From contig CAWJLF010000007.1 of assembly GCA_963843635.1 (NCBI GenBank), forward strand, positions 65,570-129,569: 64,000 nt of DNA, in the 5' to 3' direction. The stretch is from an uncultured Bacteroidales bacterium (GTDB lineage Bacteria > Bacteroidota > Bacteroidia > Bacteroidales > VadinHA17). The notes beneath the pieces are model-generated. The model did no database searches. It worked only from the letters and a program-made list of their open reading frames with translations, and was not told the DNA's origin. Below are positions 10,001 through 20,720 of the stretch, one piece after another; the first letter of the stretch is position 1; every line of letters begins with the position of its first letter. The position numbers and the translations under genes are program-made.

Positions 10001-11108
10001 TCACGTCATACTATACGACAACCTGAACCAATCGGAAGATGATGTTTCCATGTTTTCAGATACCGGATTCTTCCAGATAAGCTGATCATTGATATTATCA
10101 CTTAACCTGTAATGCTTTCTGTGATTCTCTATCGATTCACCCAGTATATTTATTTTACTCAGGTCAGCCGTTCCAGGGACCAGTCTGGTTACAAAAGTTC
10201 AGGTAGCCTATATTGGCAAAGTCGATACCCATCAGTTCAATACCCACACGGTCGGCCGATAACCAGTCGGTGCCAACAACACAAACACGATGATCCACTG
10301 GTGTTCCCTTGGTCGGCCCATTGCCTTCCATCCCCTCAAAACCATCAATTACAGAGAGATGAGGATGAAGCTGGCGTGACATTGCATATAGATTATAATT
10401 TATTCCACGAAAGCCACTTCCATGCAGAATTGGCTTATCGCTGCTTGTACCGGCCTTTCGCGAAGAGCTGAAAGTGAATCCCATATCTTTTATAGGAGCT
10501 CCAAGAACAATATTCTTCAGGGAGAGTGTTGCCAGAACCCGGTCATGTGTTTTCATGCGTGCCACCGACACAATATAAGAATCCGGATCAAGCATCAGGT
10601 GAGAAATCCTCACAGGATGTGGCCTGACGTCTTTCTCATCAAATACCCAAATTGTGTCAAAGGGCTGCTGATCAAGATCAAGTAATTTGACGTTGTATTT
10701 TGTTGCCAGCCTTAAATATCCGAAGTTTTCAAAGCCGTCAAAAGTGGGGCCATTGGCAGCTGACTCGGCAATAATTACATTGTCAAGCCTGTTAATTGAT
10801 TTGAAAAACTCGAGTATACCTTCCAGAGTGTCAGCATGAGTCGAAGCGAGCTGCTCATTAATACTGACATTATTGGGCTTAAGGATAACACGCTTTTTGC
10901 CAACGGCTTGTGCAATCTCATCAGAGAACGGCTGAAGAGCCCGGAAAGCCATATCGGCCCTGTTATTGCCTGAAGTAATAGCTACCCTGGATGAATATTT
11001 ATCCTGGTTCCCAATTGCAGCAAATGTGCTGAACGGATGGACTAAGGTAGTTGCTACTCCCCCTATAATGGAGGTTTTAATGAAGTTACGTCGGGTAAAT
11101 TCTGTCAT
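10001..11108 (-). pseudogene. TAT-signal DUF362 domain protein, frame broken near 10170
   Basis: The N-terminus MTEFTRRNFIKTSIIGG is a twin-arginine signal. VILKPNNV and the rest fit DUF362. After ...IGYLNFCNQTG the ORF stops, but a shifted frame continues GTADLSKINILGESIENHRKHYRL... to a stop at 10001. This matches the usual DUF362 C-terminus. Confidence 0.6.
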
Positions 11109-11345
11109 AGTCGTTAGGTTTTAGCATTAACAAACTTAATAAAATATGATTAGTATCAAATAACTGTTGCAGGTTAATTATCTATATTGTTAAGAAGCCG
11201 CTTATACTCACTGTGTATTCATGTTGATACCAGAGTCAGCCAGACATACAAATGTAATATTTTCACACACATGACTGTCTAATTTATTGACACATTACAA
11301 AAGGCAGTTTTTCATATATCCCTGATTAATTACGTTTTAACAATT

Positions 11346-11363
11346 TGGCATATTCTTTGGCAT
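11346..11363 (+). promoter_or_regulatory. candidate sigma-54 -24/-12-like element, also a tttggcata direct repeat
   Basis: The sequence TGGCATattctTTGGCAT lies about 70 nt upstream of the TolC start. It resembles TGGCAC-N5-TTGCW, but the GG-to-GC spacing is one nucleotide too long. A sigma-54-dependent regulator is encoded in the same cluster. Confidence 0.25.
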
Positions 11364-11431
11364 AACAGGATACAGATATTGAATTACGGATCAGAAAAAA
11401 GATATTAGGAATCTGAAATAAAGACTAAACA

Positions 11432-12764
11432 ATGGGAAAATTTAAATGGATATTATCACTTTCATTAATCCTGTGTTTCGGGGAGATATCCGCTCAGGAA
11501 AAAAAATGGACACTTGAAGATTGTGTAAACTATGCAGTGATCAATAATATAGGACTTCAGAGACAACGGCTTCAAACCCAGACTGCTGAAGTAAACCTGC
11601 TCAAATCAAAAATGGATATTTTGCCCTCCCTCAATGCTGGATCAGATATGAGTATTCAATATGGAAGGTCTATCGATCCAATTACAAACGGCGTTACCTT
11701 CCTTCAAAACTTCAGGAACGGTTATCAATTGACTTCAGGACTTACCTTATTCAATGGTTTTACTACTATTAATACAATTTCCGCCAATAAATTTATGCTT
11801 AAAGCCGGTCTGGAAAGTGAGAAGATAGTGAGAAACACTTTAATAGTAGATATTATGGGGCAGTACTACCAATTTTTGTACTCCAAAGGACTTGAGAATG
11901 CCTCAAGAATGCAACTTGAGCTTTCAGAGAAGCAGCTTTTCAGGATCAAGAAAATGGTGGAGACAGGGAGAGAAGCATTATCAAAGGAATATGAAATGGA
12001 GAGCCAGGTTTCAGCTGACCGACTATCCTATACAGTTGCTCAGAACTCAGCAAGCCAGGCTCTTACAACATTAAAACATACACTTCAACTGGCTCCTGGT
12101 ACTGAATTTGATCTGGCTATGCCCGATATGGATAACATACTTATTGTTGATAATAATTTCAGTACTGATAGTGTTTATAACCTGGCATCACAAAACCTGC
12201 CACGACTGAAAGAAATTGAGTTTGAACTTAAAGCTTCAAAAAAACAGGTTGCAGCAGCAAGGGGAAAACTTTCTCCTGATCTGACTATTGGAGGGCAGCT
12301 TTTTACTGGATACTATACACTGCTTAATGATACCTCGGCTCATAGCTCATTCTCAACTCAGATGAGAAACAACTTTGGGCAGGCAGTTGGCGTTTCGATC
12401 AATATCCCGATATTCAATAATTTTTCAACAGCAAGAAATATCAAACTTGCCAAGATCAGAAAAAATGATATGGAGCTCAGGCTTGAACAGGAGAAAAACA
12501 ACTTATACACAGATATTGAAAATGCATGTCTTAACTATAACAGAGGCAAAGATGAATTTGCGGCTGCCAATTCAAATTATGAATACAATATCAAATCATT
12601 TGAAGCAGTACAAAAGAAGTTTGAAACAGGTCTTATAGACGTAACAGACTATTCTGCTTGCAAAAACAACTTTATTTAAAGCGGAAACAGAAGCACTCAG
12701 AACAAAGCTTCAACTTGTAATAAGGAAACTGACGATACAATTTTACTCAAGCGGAGAATTATGA
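11432..12764 (+). pseudogene. TolC family outer membrane efflux protein, frame broken near 12658
   Basis: The 415-aa ORF has a signal peptide and TolC-like repeats (WTLEDCVNYAVINNIGLQ). After ...TDYSA the frame shifts by one base and continues ...LFKAETEALRTKLQLVIRKLTIQFYSSGEL-stop, a typical TolC C-terminus. Confidence 0.8.
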
Positions 12765-12872
12765 AACACCTTGAAATGAAAACAATTACTCATCCCACTG
12801 GATTTGACACAGAAGCTCCGGTAAATTAAATGTATAACAATATAAATCACTAATTAATAATAGAAAGTTAAA

Positions 12873-14168
12873 ATGGATAATCCTCGTGAAACAATGGAAA
12901 AGCGATTCCAAAGAAAACAGGCCTTCAGAAGAAGCATTTCGGTTATGCCGGTGCTAGGCCTGGCAATGCTTGTTCTGATTTATATGGCTTTTTTTGCCGA
13001 CCGAACATCAACATATAAAGTTGATAAGGATAAACTGATTATTGAGACATCACTGAAGGCCAGTTTAATGATTATATCACAGTACCGGGAACAGTTGAAC
13101 CGATAAGTACTATTTACCTTGACGCCCAGGAAGGTGGACAGGGTTGAGGAAAAACTTGTGGAAGAGGGATCAATGGTTAAAGAAAGGTGAAGTTATTTTA
13201 CGCCTCTCCAATCCCGATCTCTATCTAAATATTCTAAACAGCGAAGGCCAGCTTGCAGAAAAGGAGAACTTCCTGAGGAATACTCAGATCACTATGGAAC
13301 AGGAAAAACTGCAGATCAGAGCGGGAACTGGTTAACCTTAAATATGATATTGAACGAAAAGACCGTAATTTCAAGCAGAACGAGATCCTCATTAAAGATA
13401 ACCTCATCTCCGAGGAGGAATACTTGCAGATCAAAAGAGGATCTGGACATGGCACTGAAATCGAGAGAGCTTTTCATTGAAAGGCAGAAACAGGATTCAC
13501 TGTTCCGCACTGTTAACGTGGAGACTATAAAGAGCGACCTTATTAATATGAGAAGAAACCTGGCAATGGTAAGGGAGAGGGTAAAGAACCTTGATGTGAC
13601 TGCTCCGGTGGACGGTGAACTTGGTCTTCTGACACCTGAGATCGGTCAGTCAATAGCACGTGGAGAAAACATGGGTCAGATAAATGTACTGACCGCATAT
13701 AAGGTGACTGCCCAGATCGACGAGCACTATATCGACAGGGTAGGAGCGCAGCTCACCGGCACACTTGACCGGCAGGGTAAGAATTATAATCTGATTGTAA
13801 GAAGGGTATATCCCGAGGTAAGGAATGGTACCTTCAAAATAGACATGATATTCCGCGATACGATGCCTAATAATATAAGAACAGGTCAGACATATTATAT
13901 AAGTCTGCAGCTGGGACAACCCAAGGTGTCAGTACTTGTACCTATTGGCGGATTCTTCCAGGAGACAGGAGGCCAGTGGATATACGTCCTCGATCCTACC
14001 GAATCGTATGCAACAAAACGAGATATCTCAATAGGAAGGAAGAATCCAAAATACTATGAAGTCCTTTCAGGACTGAAACCGGGCGAGAAGGTAATAGTAT
14101 CAGGATATGAGACATTCGGTAAAAATGAGAAACTAATATTGAAGAAAATCAAAATAACTAGTAAATAA
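12873..14168 (+). pseudogene. efflux periplasmic adaptor (HlyD/MacA family), about five frame breaks
   Basis: Fragments 12873..13106, 13144..13335 and 13344..14168, plus shifted stretches, read through as one adaptor: ...GQFNDYITVPGTVEPISTIYLDAQEGG..VEEKLVEEGSMVKKGEVILRLSNPDL...LQIRAELVNLKYDIERK...QIKEDLDMALKS.... Breaks lie near 13057, 13141, 13185, 13324 and 13436. Confidence 0.8.
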
Positions 14169-14176
14169 TTAAAATC

Positions 14177-14853
14177 ATGATTAAAACTAATTCTTTAACA
14201 AAGGTCTTCAGAACTGAAGAAGTTGAGACGACGGCACTCAACAAAGTTAACTCTCGAAGTAAAAGAAGGAGAATATGTTGCAGTGATGGGTCCGTCAGGT
14301 TGCGGAAAATCAACTCTTCTTAATATTCTGGGGCTGCTTGACAACCCTTCAGCCGGGTAGCTACATCTTCAACGGAACAGAGGTAGCAAACCTTAAGGAA
14401 CGTGACAGGACAATTTTCCGTAAAGGGAATATCGGCTTTGTCTTTCAGAGTTTTAACCTGATTGATGAGCTAAATGTTTATGAAAATGTTGAACTACCGC
14501 TTATTTACCTTAAGATGAAAGCCGGGGAGAGAAAAAAGATGGTGGAAGATGTCCTGGAAAGAATGAAGATCGGTCACAGGGCCAAGCATTTCCCTCAGCA
14601 GCTATCCGGTGGGCAGCAGCAAAGAGTGGCTATAGCCAGGGCTGTCGTGGCTAATCCGAAGCTTATTCTCGCCGATGAGCCAACAGGTAACCTCGACTCA
14701 AAGAATGGTATTGAGGTTATAAATCTGCTGACTGAACTCAATAAGGAGGGAACGACAATCATCATGGTAACTCACTCTGACAGGGATGCAGGATATGCAC
14801 ACAGGGTGGTTAATCTCTTCGACGGCCAGGTTGTAACTGAAAAAATGGCCTGA
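14177..14853 (+). pseudogene. ABC transporter ATP-binding protein (MacB/LolD-type), two frame breaks
   Basis: The start [25 protein letters not shown] shifts to [35 protein letters not shown] (Walker A). It then shifts into ORF 14338..14853, which carries LSGGQQQRVAIARA and LILADEPTGNLD. Breaks lie near 14250 and 14358. Confidence 0.85.
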
Positions 14854-14991
14854 TCAAAAGGTGACCTGAAATATTCAGGGGTCGCTGAAAAAATGTTACA
14901 ATGGAATTTACCTTTCTGTGTCCCCGGGTGATACTCTGATATCGCCCGGGCTTTACAAGGGTATCCGGTGACTTTTTAAGCGACTTTTTTT

Positions 14992-16363
14992 TTATAGGCC
15001 GAATTTCTTCATTTTATTATAAAGGGTCTGCCTTGTAATCCCAAGCTTTTAAGATACCACGCTTAGGTTATTTCCATACCTCCTCAGGTTGTCTGTTATT
15101 AGTTTCTGTTCCATATCCTCAATAGTCATCTCACCATTCAGCACATTTCGTGTTGATGTTGTAAAGACAAAATCGGAGGGTTTTAAGAATCTGCGAATCA
15201 CTCATTATAACAGCTTTCTCAATCGAATGCTGTAGTTCACTTACATTTCCCGGCCAGTCGTGATTGGCCAGTTTTTCCTGGGCATGTGTGCTTATTTTCA
15301 AATCCGGATTTACCGTAACTGCTCACTATGCATCCTGAGAAAATGATTTGCCAGTATAGGAATATCATCAACCCTGTCACGTAAGGGGAGGTACCTCTAA
15401 TAAGTATAGTATTTATCCTGTAAACAAGATCCTCACTGAAACTTACCTCCTTCTACCATTTCCATAAGGTCACAATTTGTTGCACATATAAGCCTTATAT
15501 CGACGGGTATCTCCTTGTTTGAACCTACCCTTACCACGTTTCTGTTCTGAAGTACACTCAGGAGCTTCGACTGCGCCTGAAGGGAGAGGTTGCCAATTTC
15601 ATCAAGAAAAAGAGTGCTTTTATTTGCCTGTTCAAACTTTCCTTTACGGTCATCCCTTGCATCTGTAAAAGCTCCTTTCACATGTCCAAACAGCTCACTT
15701 TCAAAGAGAGATTCGGTTATTGAACCCATATCAACACTTACCATCAGTTCTCCGGCCCTGTTTGAAAGCCTGTGTATTTCCCTGGCCACTAGCTCCTTCC
15801 CTGTCCCATTCTCTCCTGTAATAAGAACATTTGCGTCTGTTCCGGCCACTTTACGGACAATATTCATTACATTGATCATGGTAGGAGAAGCACCAAGAAC
15901 TATTTTTTCGCCTCCCTTATTTATCTCACTCTTAAGTAGCTGATTGTCTTTTTTAAGGTTTGCTGCTTCAAGTCGCGACAATCTTAGTTTCCATGCAACA
16001 TTGATTGTAGCAAGAAGTTTGGACTCATTCCAGGGCTTCATAATAAAATCAACGGCTCCTTCCCTGATGGCTTTAACAGCCAGCTCCACATCACCATAAG
16101 GCAGTAACAATCACAATACTTATATTACTGTCATATGTAAAGATCTCACTCATCCAGTATAAGTCCCTCATTGCCATTATTCATACCTGCTTTGAAATTC
16201 ATGTCAAGCATCACAATATCAATATCATTACTTTTAATACGTATGAATACGATTTGGATCGGTAAGTCGTTATAACCTTCTCAAACTCATTTTGCATGAT
16301 CAGTTCAAGGGCTTTGAGCAGGCCTTTATTGTCATCAACTACAAGTAAAGTGCCTTTTGTCAT
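14992..16363 (-). pseudogene. sigma-54-dependent response regulator (NtrC/Fis family), heavily frame-broken
   Basis: The receiver N-terminus is MTKGTLLVVDDNKGLL...DIVMLDMNF. The AAA+ core lies in ORF 15433..16110 (VLITGENGTGKELVAREIH, ESELFGHVKGAFT). Shifted frames give FREDLxYRINTIL..PPLRDR, WPGNV.EL and the C-terminal HTH LGITRQTLYNKMKKFGL-stop. Many single-base frame breaks are present. Confidence 0.8.
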
Positions 16364-16400
16364 AATATACTTTTTATCAAAAGACTGGAATAAAAAATAA

Positions 16401-16437
16401 AATGTGTCAAAAAAATAGACATTTTTTTTGACACATT
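16401..16437 (-). terminator. perfect 15-bp A/T-rich inverted repeat (hairpin) between the DUF1080 gene and the regulator gene
   Basis: aatgtgtcaaaaaaa (16401-16415) and tttttttgacacatt (16423-16437) are separated by a 7-nt loop. The T-rich flank on the minus strand suggests a terminator for the upstream minus-strand gene. An operator role is also possible. Confidence 0.3.
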
Positions 16438-16488
16438 CAAGAATAATCGAAACTTAAATTCAGTGATATTTGCTAATTTGCGGAATCA

Positions 16489-17357
16489 TCAACTAATCAA
16501 TCCGGTACCTGCTTCTTTCATAATATCCTCAGGGATATTATCAATAGCGTATTATCTTATATCTCTGAAAAATATCTCCGACCCCTCCGATTCAATCTGA
16601 ATTTTGCCCCTTGTAAGCGGTATATGCTGTCTCCCTCAGCTGACGTGAATTATGGAGTATCATATTCACAACTCCGTTCATCATATGCACGCTTGTGTTC
16701 CAAAACAGTACAGATCGACAGTATTCCATTCCCCTGCCGGTTTTTCGGCGTCCGGATATTTAATGCAGTGACGTCCATCAGGACTTTCAGTGCTGAAGGT
16801 ATACAGGTTGCCGTCTTTATTATATATATATGTGCTGTCATTTCCCTTATTAGCATGCACGTCGAAAATTGCCCCGGCACAAGCCCAGTAATCACCGCAG
16901 TCTCCCTGTTCAATCTGAAACTCATGGGACCGGAGCCAGAAGCCTCCATCAGCGCCCTGGGGACCGACACCATAGTACATAAGTCCGGCGTCTTTTATTC
17001 CGGTGCTATTGGGAGGCCATTGAAGATTGCCCCATTTGAATTGCAGCTGAAGATGAAAATTCTCATATTCCCCTGTTGTGGAAATGCCTCCATACTGTTC
17101 ACCGGAAATTCTAAGGACTTTTTCACCGACAGATCAACCACACTAAAAACGTTAAGAGGGTCAACATTCAGTCCGACAGGTATAGTATCCCATTTATTCT
17201 GAACGGTATCATAACGTGGCCCCAGAAAGGTATCCCAACCAGTAAGGTCTTTACCATTGAGAAGAGGCTGCCATTTAATATTTTCCGATGAATGGTTCAT
17301 GCAACCGCTTAGAATTAGTGCCAATAATAATGTGTAAAATAAGTTTTTGAGATTCAT
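16489..17357 (-). pseudogene. DUF1080 (3-keto-disaccharide hydrolase-like) lipoprotein, several frame breaks
   Basis: The N-terminus is MNLKNLFYTLLLALILSGC...WQPLLNGKDLTGW. The middle part is HEFQIEQGDCGDYWA...AGEWNTVDLYCFG. The shifted C-terminus is ...MNGVVNMILHNS...GKIQIESEGSEIFFRDIRII. These are the canonical DUF1080 motifs, spread over at least four frames. Confidence 0.7.
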
Positions 17358-17561
17358 TTGGATATATTTTAAAATTAGATCATTCAGGTACATCAAAGCT
17401 ACTAAGACTTTTGTTACGAATCAGTATTTAGCCGGCTAATTTTTGGAAAGAAATTAAAATCATTCCAACTAAGAAAAAAAAAATTATTATCCTGCAACAA
17501 ATTGTTTACTCATCCGTCTTTATATTGAAAGTTCGGATGATGAACAAATATAACCAAAGCC

Positions 17562-17874
17562 ATGACTGTAAAATTAAATGCAAACGAAGTTGTCCTGAAA
17601 GCCGGAGATACAAACCAGGTAATCGACAACAATACTGTTGAAGGGAAACTTATAGTAACGAATCAGAGACTATATTTTAAAACCATGAATGCTGAAACGC
17701 GAAAAATTCAATCTTGAAATATTGTTCGATAATATTCTGGAAGTGATTTATTTCAGCAAAGGGATGCTTTTTGGAGTCAAAGGACTCAATGTAGTCACCA
17801 GGGATGGTAAATCGCATTCGTTCCCGCTTAAGAAAAGAGATGAGATAGGACAATTAATAAATAAAATGTACTGA
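17562..17874 (+). pseudogene. small GRAM/PH-like domain protein, one frame break near 17690
   Basis: MTVKLNANEVVLKAGDTNQ...GKLIVTNQRLYFKT continues after a one-base shift into ORF 17689..17874 (...FNLEILFDNILEVIYFSKG...). The xLxxTNxRLxF motif is typical of bacterial GRAM/PH-like domains. Confidence 0.45.
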
Positions 17875-17912
17875 TACTTATCAATCTATATATATTCCGT
17901 CTTATAATTAAA

Positions 17913-17946
17913 AAAATATCTGCCCGAAAGGCAGATATTTTTATTT
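17913..17946 (+). terminator. rho-independent terminator
   Basis: An 11-bp stem pairs aaatatctgcc with ggcagatattt around the loop cgaaa. It is followed by a T-rich run, 39 nt after the stop at 17874. Confidence 0.7.
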
Positions 17947-18330
17947 TATGTGACCCTGTCTCCCCAAGTGCTTTTTACCCCCCATCCCCCCCAAGGGGGG
18001 GCCAATACAACCCCCTCGCCCTTCGGGGGGCTAATGCTTTGGTTCCCCTCCTGGGAGAGCCTGCCACGCTTAGCGTGGGGCCAGGGGTGGGTTTAGGTTC
18101 TTTTACTTGCCCACGCAATACAACTCGCTCATTTCATTCGCTCAAACAGTATTGCTTACTAAAGGCCCTCCGCAGCAAGCCTCAAAACATTCGCTTTACC
18201 CCAAAATTCTCTGAGGCCGGATGAAATCCAGAAAAATATTAAATATCCTGTGGATTAGCCTCCCCCCTGAAGGGGGAGAAATGCTCTGCAACCGAGTGAA
18301 ATTACACTTATATACAGAGAATTAGTCGGG
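17947..18330. repeat. GC-rich non-coding block made of several short strong hairpins
   Basis: Hairpins seen: cccccccaagggggggg, ccccctcgcccttcgggggg, ccacgcttagcgtgg, gcaatac..gtattgc and ctcccccctgaagggggag. The block lies between convergent genes. Its composition contrasts sharply with the AT-rich flanks. Confidence 0.4.
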
Positions 18331-20706
18331 TCACTCATACCTCAGTGAATCTACCGGATTCTTCATTGCAGCTCGGAATATTTTAAATATTAAGGTAAAA
18401 GTAGTGGCCGAACACATGATCAGGACTGCCAGCAATAGCATACCGGGTCCGATTTTCACATAATAATCCCAAATGCTGTCAAGAAGCATATCAGACATGT
18501 AATAACCGCCGGCACATCCCAGTATTGATGAAACGGCAAGGACAATCAGGAATTTCCTGCTGACAAGAAACATTATAAGAGGGACCGGAGCACCCTGAAT
18601 CTTCCTTATACCAATTTCTTTCGTCCTTCTTATAATATCAAGTGAGACGAGATTATACATTCCTATCAAAGACAATAGCGTAGCTACAATAGCAAGAAAT
18701 AAATTTACCTTCAGTATGCTTCCATTTATGTCTTTTTCCTCCTGCATAATATCCTCCTGAAGTAATCCTCTAAAAACATCATTAATAGCCAGGCTTTTCC
18801 ATTTAAGTCTTATAAAATCAAGTATACCTGGCAGATCTTCCGATTTAGCTTTCACAACGAGAATGCCATATTGATCTGACCCTGAAATTCTTAACATTGT
18901 CGGCTCAATTTTATTCCAGACTCCATTGGTATAAAAATCTTTCACAACCCCAACAACGGTCAGCCTGGTAGTGTCATAAAGGGTAATTGTTTTCCCTATC
19001 GGATCATTCCATCCAAAATCATCAACCAGCTTTTGATTCACAATGATAGATCCACTTGACCTGTCTGCTGCCAGCCTATCCTCATTAAAGAGACGTCCCT
19101 CAACAAGGTGCAGGCCCATCGTCTGTGCATAACCAGGCCCGATATCCAGTACATCAACCTCAAGAGGCCTGTCCTCATCCTTTATCGGTCTGCGATAAGC
19201 TCCGAATCCAATATGTTGTTGAGTGCCTTCTGCTGAAATTACTTTTGGATCAGTCAATACTTCATTGCGCAGGGATGTGAAATTCTCCGGGGGTACAGGA
19301 ACAACTATCAATTGATTTTTGTTATATCCCAGGTCAATAGTCTTCTGGAAGTTTGCATTTTTTGCAAATACAATACCCATCACCAGTGCCATAACAGAAA
19401 TTGAAAACTGTAATGCAAGAAGAATAATTGAAAGTTTTCCTGAACCTTTTACATCAGAGTCACCTTTCAGAACATTCACCGGGTTGAAACCGCTAACATA
19501 CAAAGCAGGATAAACACCCGCAATAAAACCTGTAATAACAAGAAGCAGTATAATAAAGATCCAGAAGAATGCATACCTGGTAAGTGTAAGGGTAATGGTC
19601 ATATATGCCCATAAATTGCTGTAAGCCGGTACCAGGAATTCAGCAATTACAATACCCGTTATAAGAGCCAGGAAACAGATAATAAATGTTTCGAGCATAA
19701 ATTGAGAAACAAGCTGTCTCCTCTGCCCTCCAAAAGTTTTCCTTAATCCTATTTCTTTAAGCCTCTTACTAAACGTCGCCCGTGATGTATTGGCAAAATT
19801 AAAACAGGCAATGAGAAGAATGAAGAGTGCCATAACAGGCGGGGCAACAACAGCAGCAGGGTGAAGGGAAGGGAAAAGTCCGGAGGACCAAATATTCCTG
19901 GAACTTTTTCCAACATCTTTCAACGGAACAAGATTAAACCTGTTGATTTTAAAATCTTCCCTGGCCCGGTTCTGTACCGGGAGGTAATTCTTCATCGACT
20001 GTGTTATGGAAGAAAGAGCTGATTTATCAGGAACCATTATAAATAGTGCTGTAACCCACATTTTCCAGTCTGTGTCATTAAATTCGCGGAGTAAAGGCAG
20101 ATTATCGAAGTTGGCCAGGATATCTATTCTGAAGCTTGAATTGTCCGGCAGATCTTTAAAAACAGCCCCCACTGTAAAGGTGAATTCCTTGCCTTTATCA
20201 TTGATAAGTGATATTGCTTTGCCCACCGGATAATCCTTTCCGAAAAGCCTATTGGCCGTTTTCGCACTTATAAGTACATTACCTTGTCCTTCAATTGATT
20301 TCATATTCCCATTTATTACAGGGAAAGTGAATATGTCAAGAAATTCAGGATCAATAAAAGAGATATCCATTGAAAAAAGATCATCCCCTTTCTTTACCGG
20401 AAAACCGGCCCGCGCTAATCTTGCTGATTTCTCTATTCCCGGAATATCCTTTTTTATCTGAAGACCAAGTGTAGCAGGCACAATACCATATTCCTGTTCC
20501 CTGTTTTCCATGTCACGAAAACTGGTGACCCGGTAAATTTTGTCGAAATTTAAATTTGTCCTGTCAAACTCATAGTTAAACATGTGGTTGAAAAATGCAA
20601 CTATACAAACTGACAGGGCGATACCCAGCCCAATAATATTTATCAGGGTAAATAATTTGTTCTTTATCAGGTTTCTGAAAGTAACAAGCAGGTAATTTCT
20701 AAACAT
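18331..20706 (-). CDS. ABC transporter permease, MacB-like with two FtsX domains
   Basis: 791 aa. It has an N-terminal TM, a large periplasmic domain, an FtsX 3-TM block, a second periplasmic domain and a second FtsX block. The C-terminus NPVDSLRYE is typical of this Bacteroidota family. Confidence 0.85.
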   Translation of the reverse strand: MFRNYLLVTFRNLIKNKLFTLINIIGLGIALSVCIVAFFNHMFNYEFDRTNLNFDKIYRVTSFRDMENREQEYGIVPATLGLQIKKDIPGIEKSARLARAGFPVKKGDDLFSMDISFIDPEFLDIFTFPVINGNMKSIEGQGNVLISAKTANRLFGKDYPVGKAISLINDKGKEFTFTVGAVFKDLPDNSSFRIDILANFDNLPLLREFNDTDWKMWVTALFIMVPDKSALSSITQSMKNYLPVQNRAREDFKINRFNLVPLKDVGKSSRNIWSSGLFPSLHPAAVVAPPVMALFILLIACFNFANTSRATFSKRLKEIGLRKTFGGQRRQLVSQFMLETFIICFLALITGIVIAEFLVPAYSNLWAYMTITLTLTRYAFFWIFIILLLVITGFIAGVYPALYVSGFNPVNVLKGDSDVKGSGKLSIILLALQFSISVMALVMGIVFAKNANFQKTIDLGYNKNQLIVVPVPPENFTSLRNEVLTDPKVISAEGTQQHIGFGAYRRPIKDEDRPLEVDVLDIGPGYAQTMGLHLVEGRLFNEDRLAADRSSGSIIVNQKLVDDFGWNDPIGKTITLYDTTRLTVVGVVKDFYTNGVWNKIEPTMLRISGSDQYGILVVKAKSEDLPGILDFIRLKWKSLAINDVFRGLLQEDIMQEEKDINGSILKVNLFLAIVATLLSLIGMYNLVSLDIIRRTKEIGIRKIQGAPVPLIMFLVSRKFLIVLAVSSILGCAGGYYMSDMLLDSIWDYYVKIGPGMLLLAVLIMCSATTFTLIFKIFRAAMKNPVDSLRYE

Positions 20707-20720
20707 TCTTTACAATTTCA

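Noticed and set aside
10112-10685. ORFs 10112..10471 and 10422..10685 on the + strand
   Set aside because: Both are antisense to the DUF362 gene, whose motifs and TAT signal are clear on the minus strand.
14923-14950. Hairpin cccgggtgata/tatcgcccggg between the ATPase and regulator genes, considered as a bidirectional terminator
   Set aside because: The stem has a mismatch and there is no adjacent T-run on either strand. It is not strong enough to call as a feature.
12650-17900. Programmed ribosomal frameshifting or recoding as the explanation for the many frame changes
   Set aside because: There are too many breaks, in both directions, in unrelated genes, and without shared slippery heptamers or downstream structures. 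Sequencing or assembly indels, or recent decay, are far more parsimonious.
18039-18224. 61-aa ORF inside the GC-rich hairpin block
   Set aside because: It is composed of hairpin repeat sequence (..GEPATLSVGPGVG..). It has no start context and no coding periodicity.
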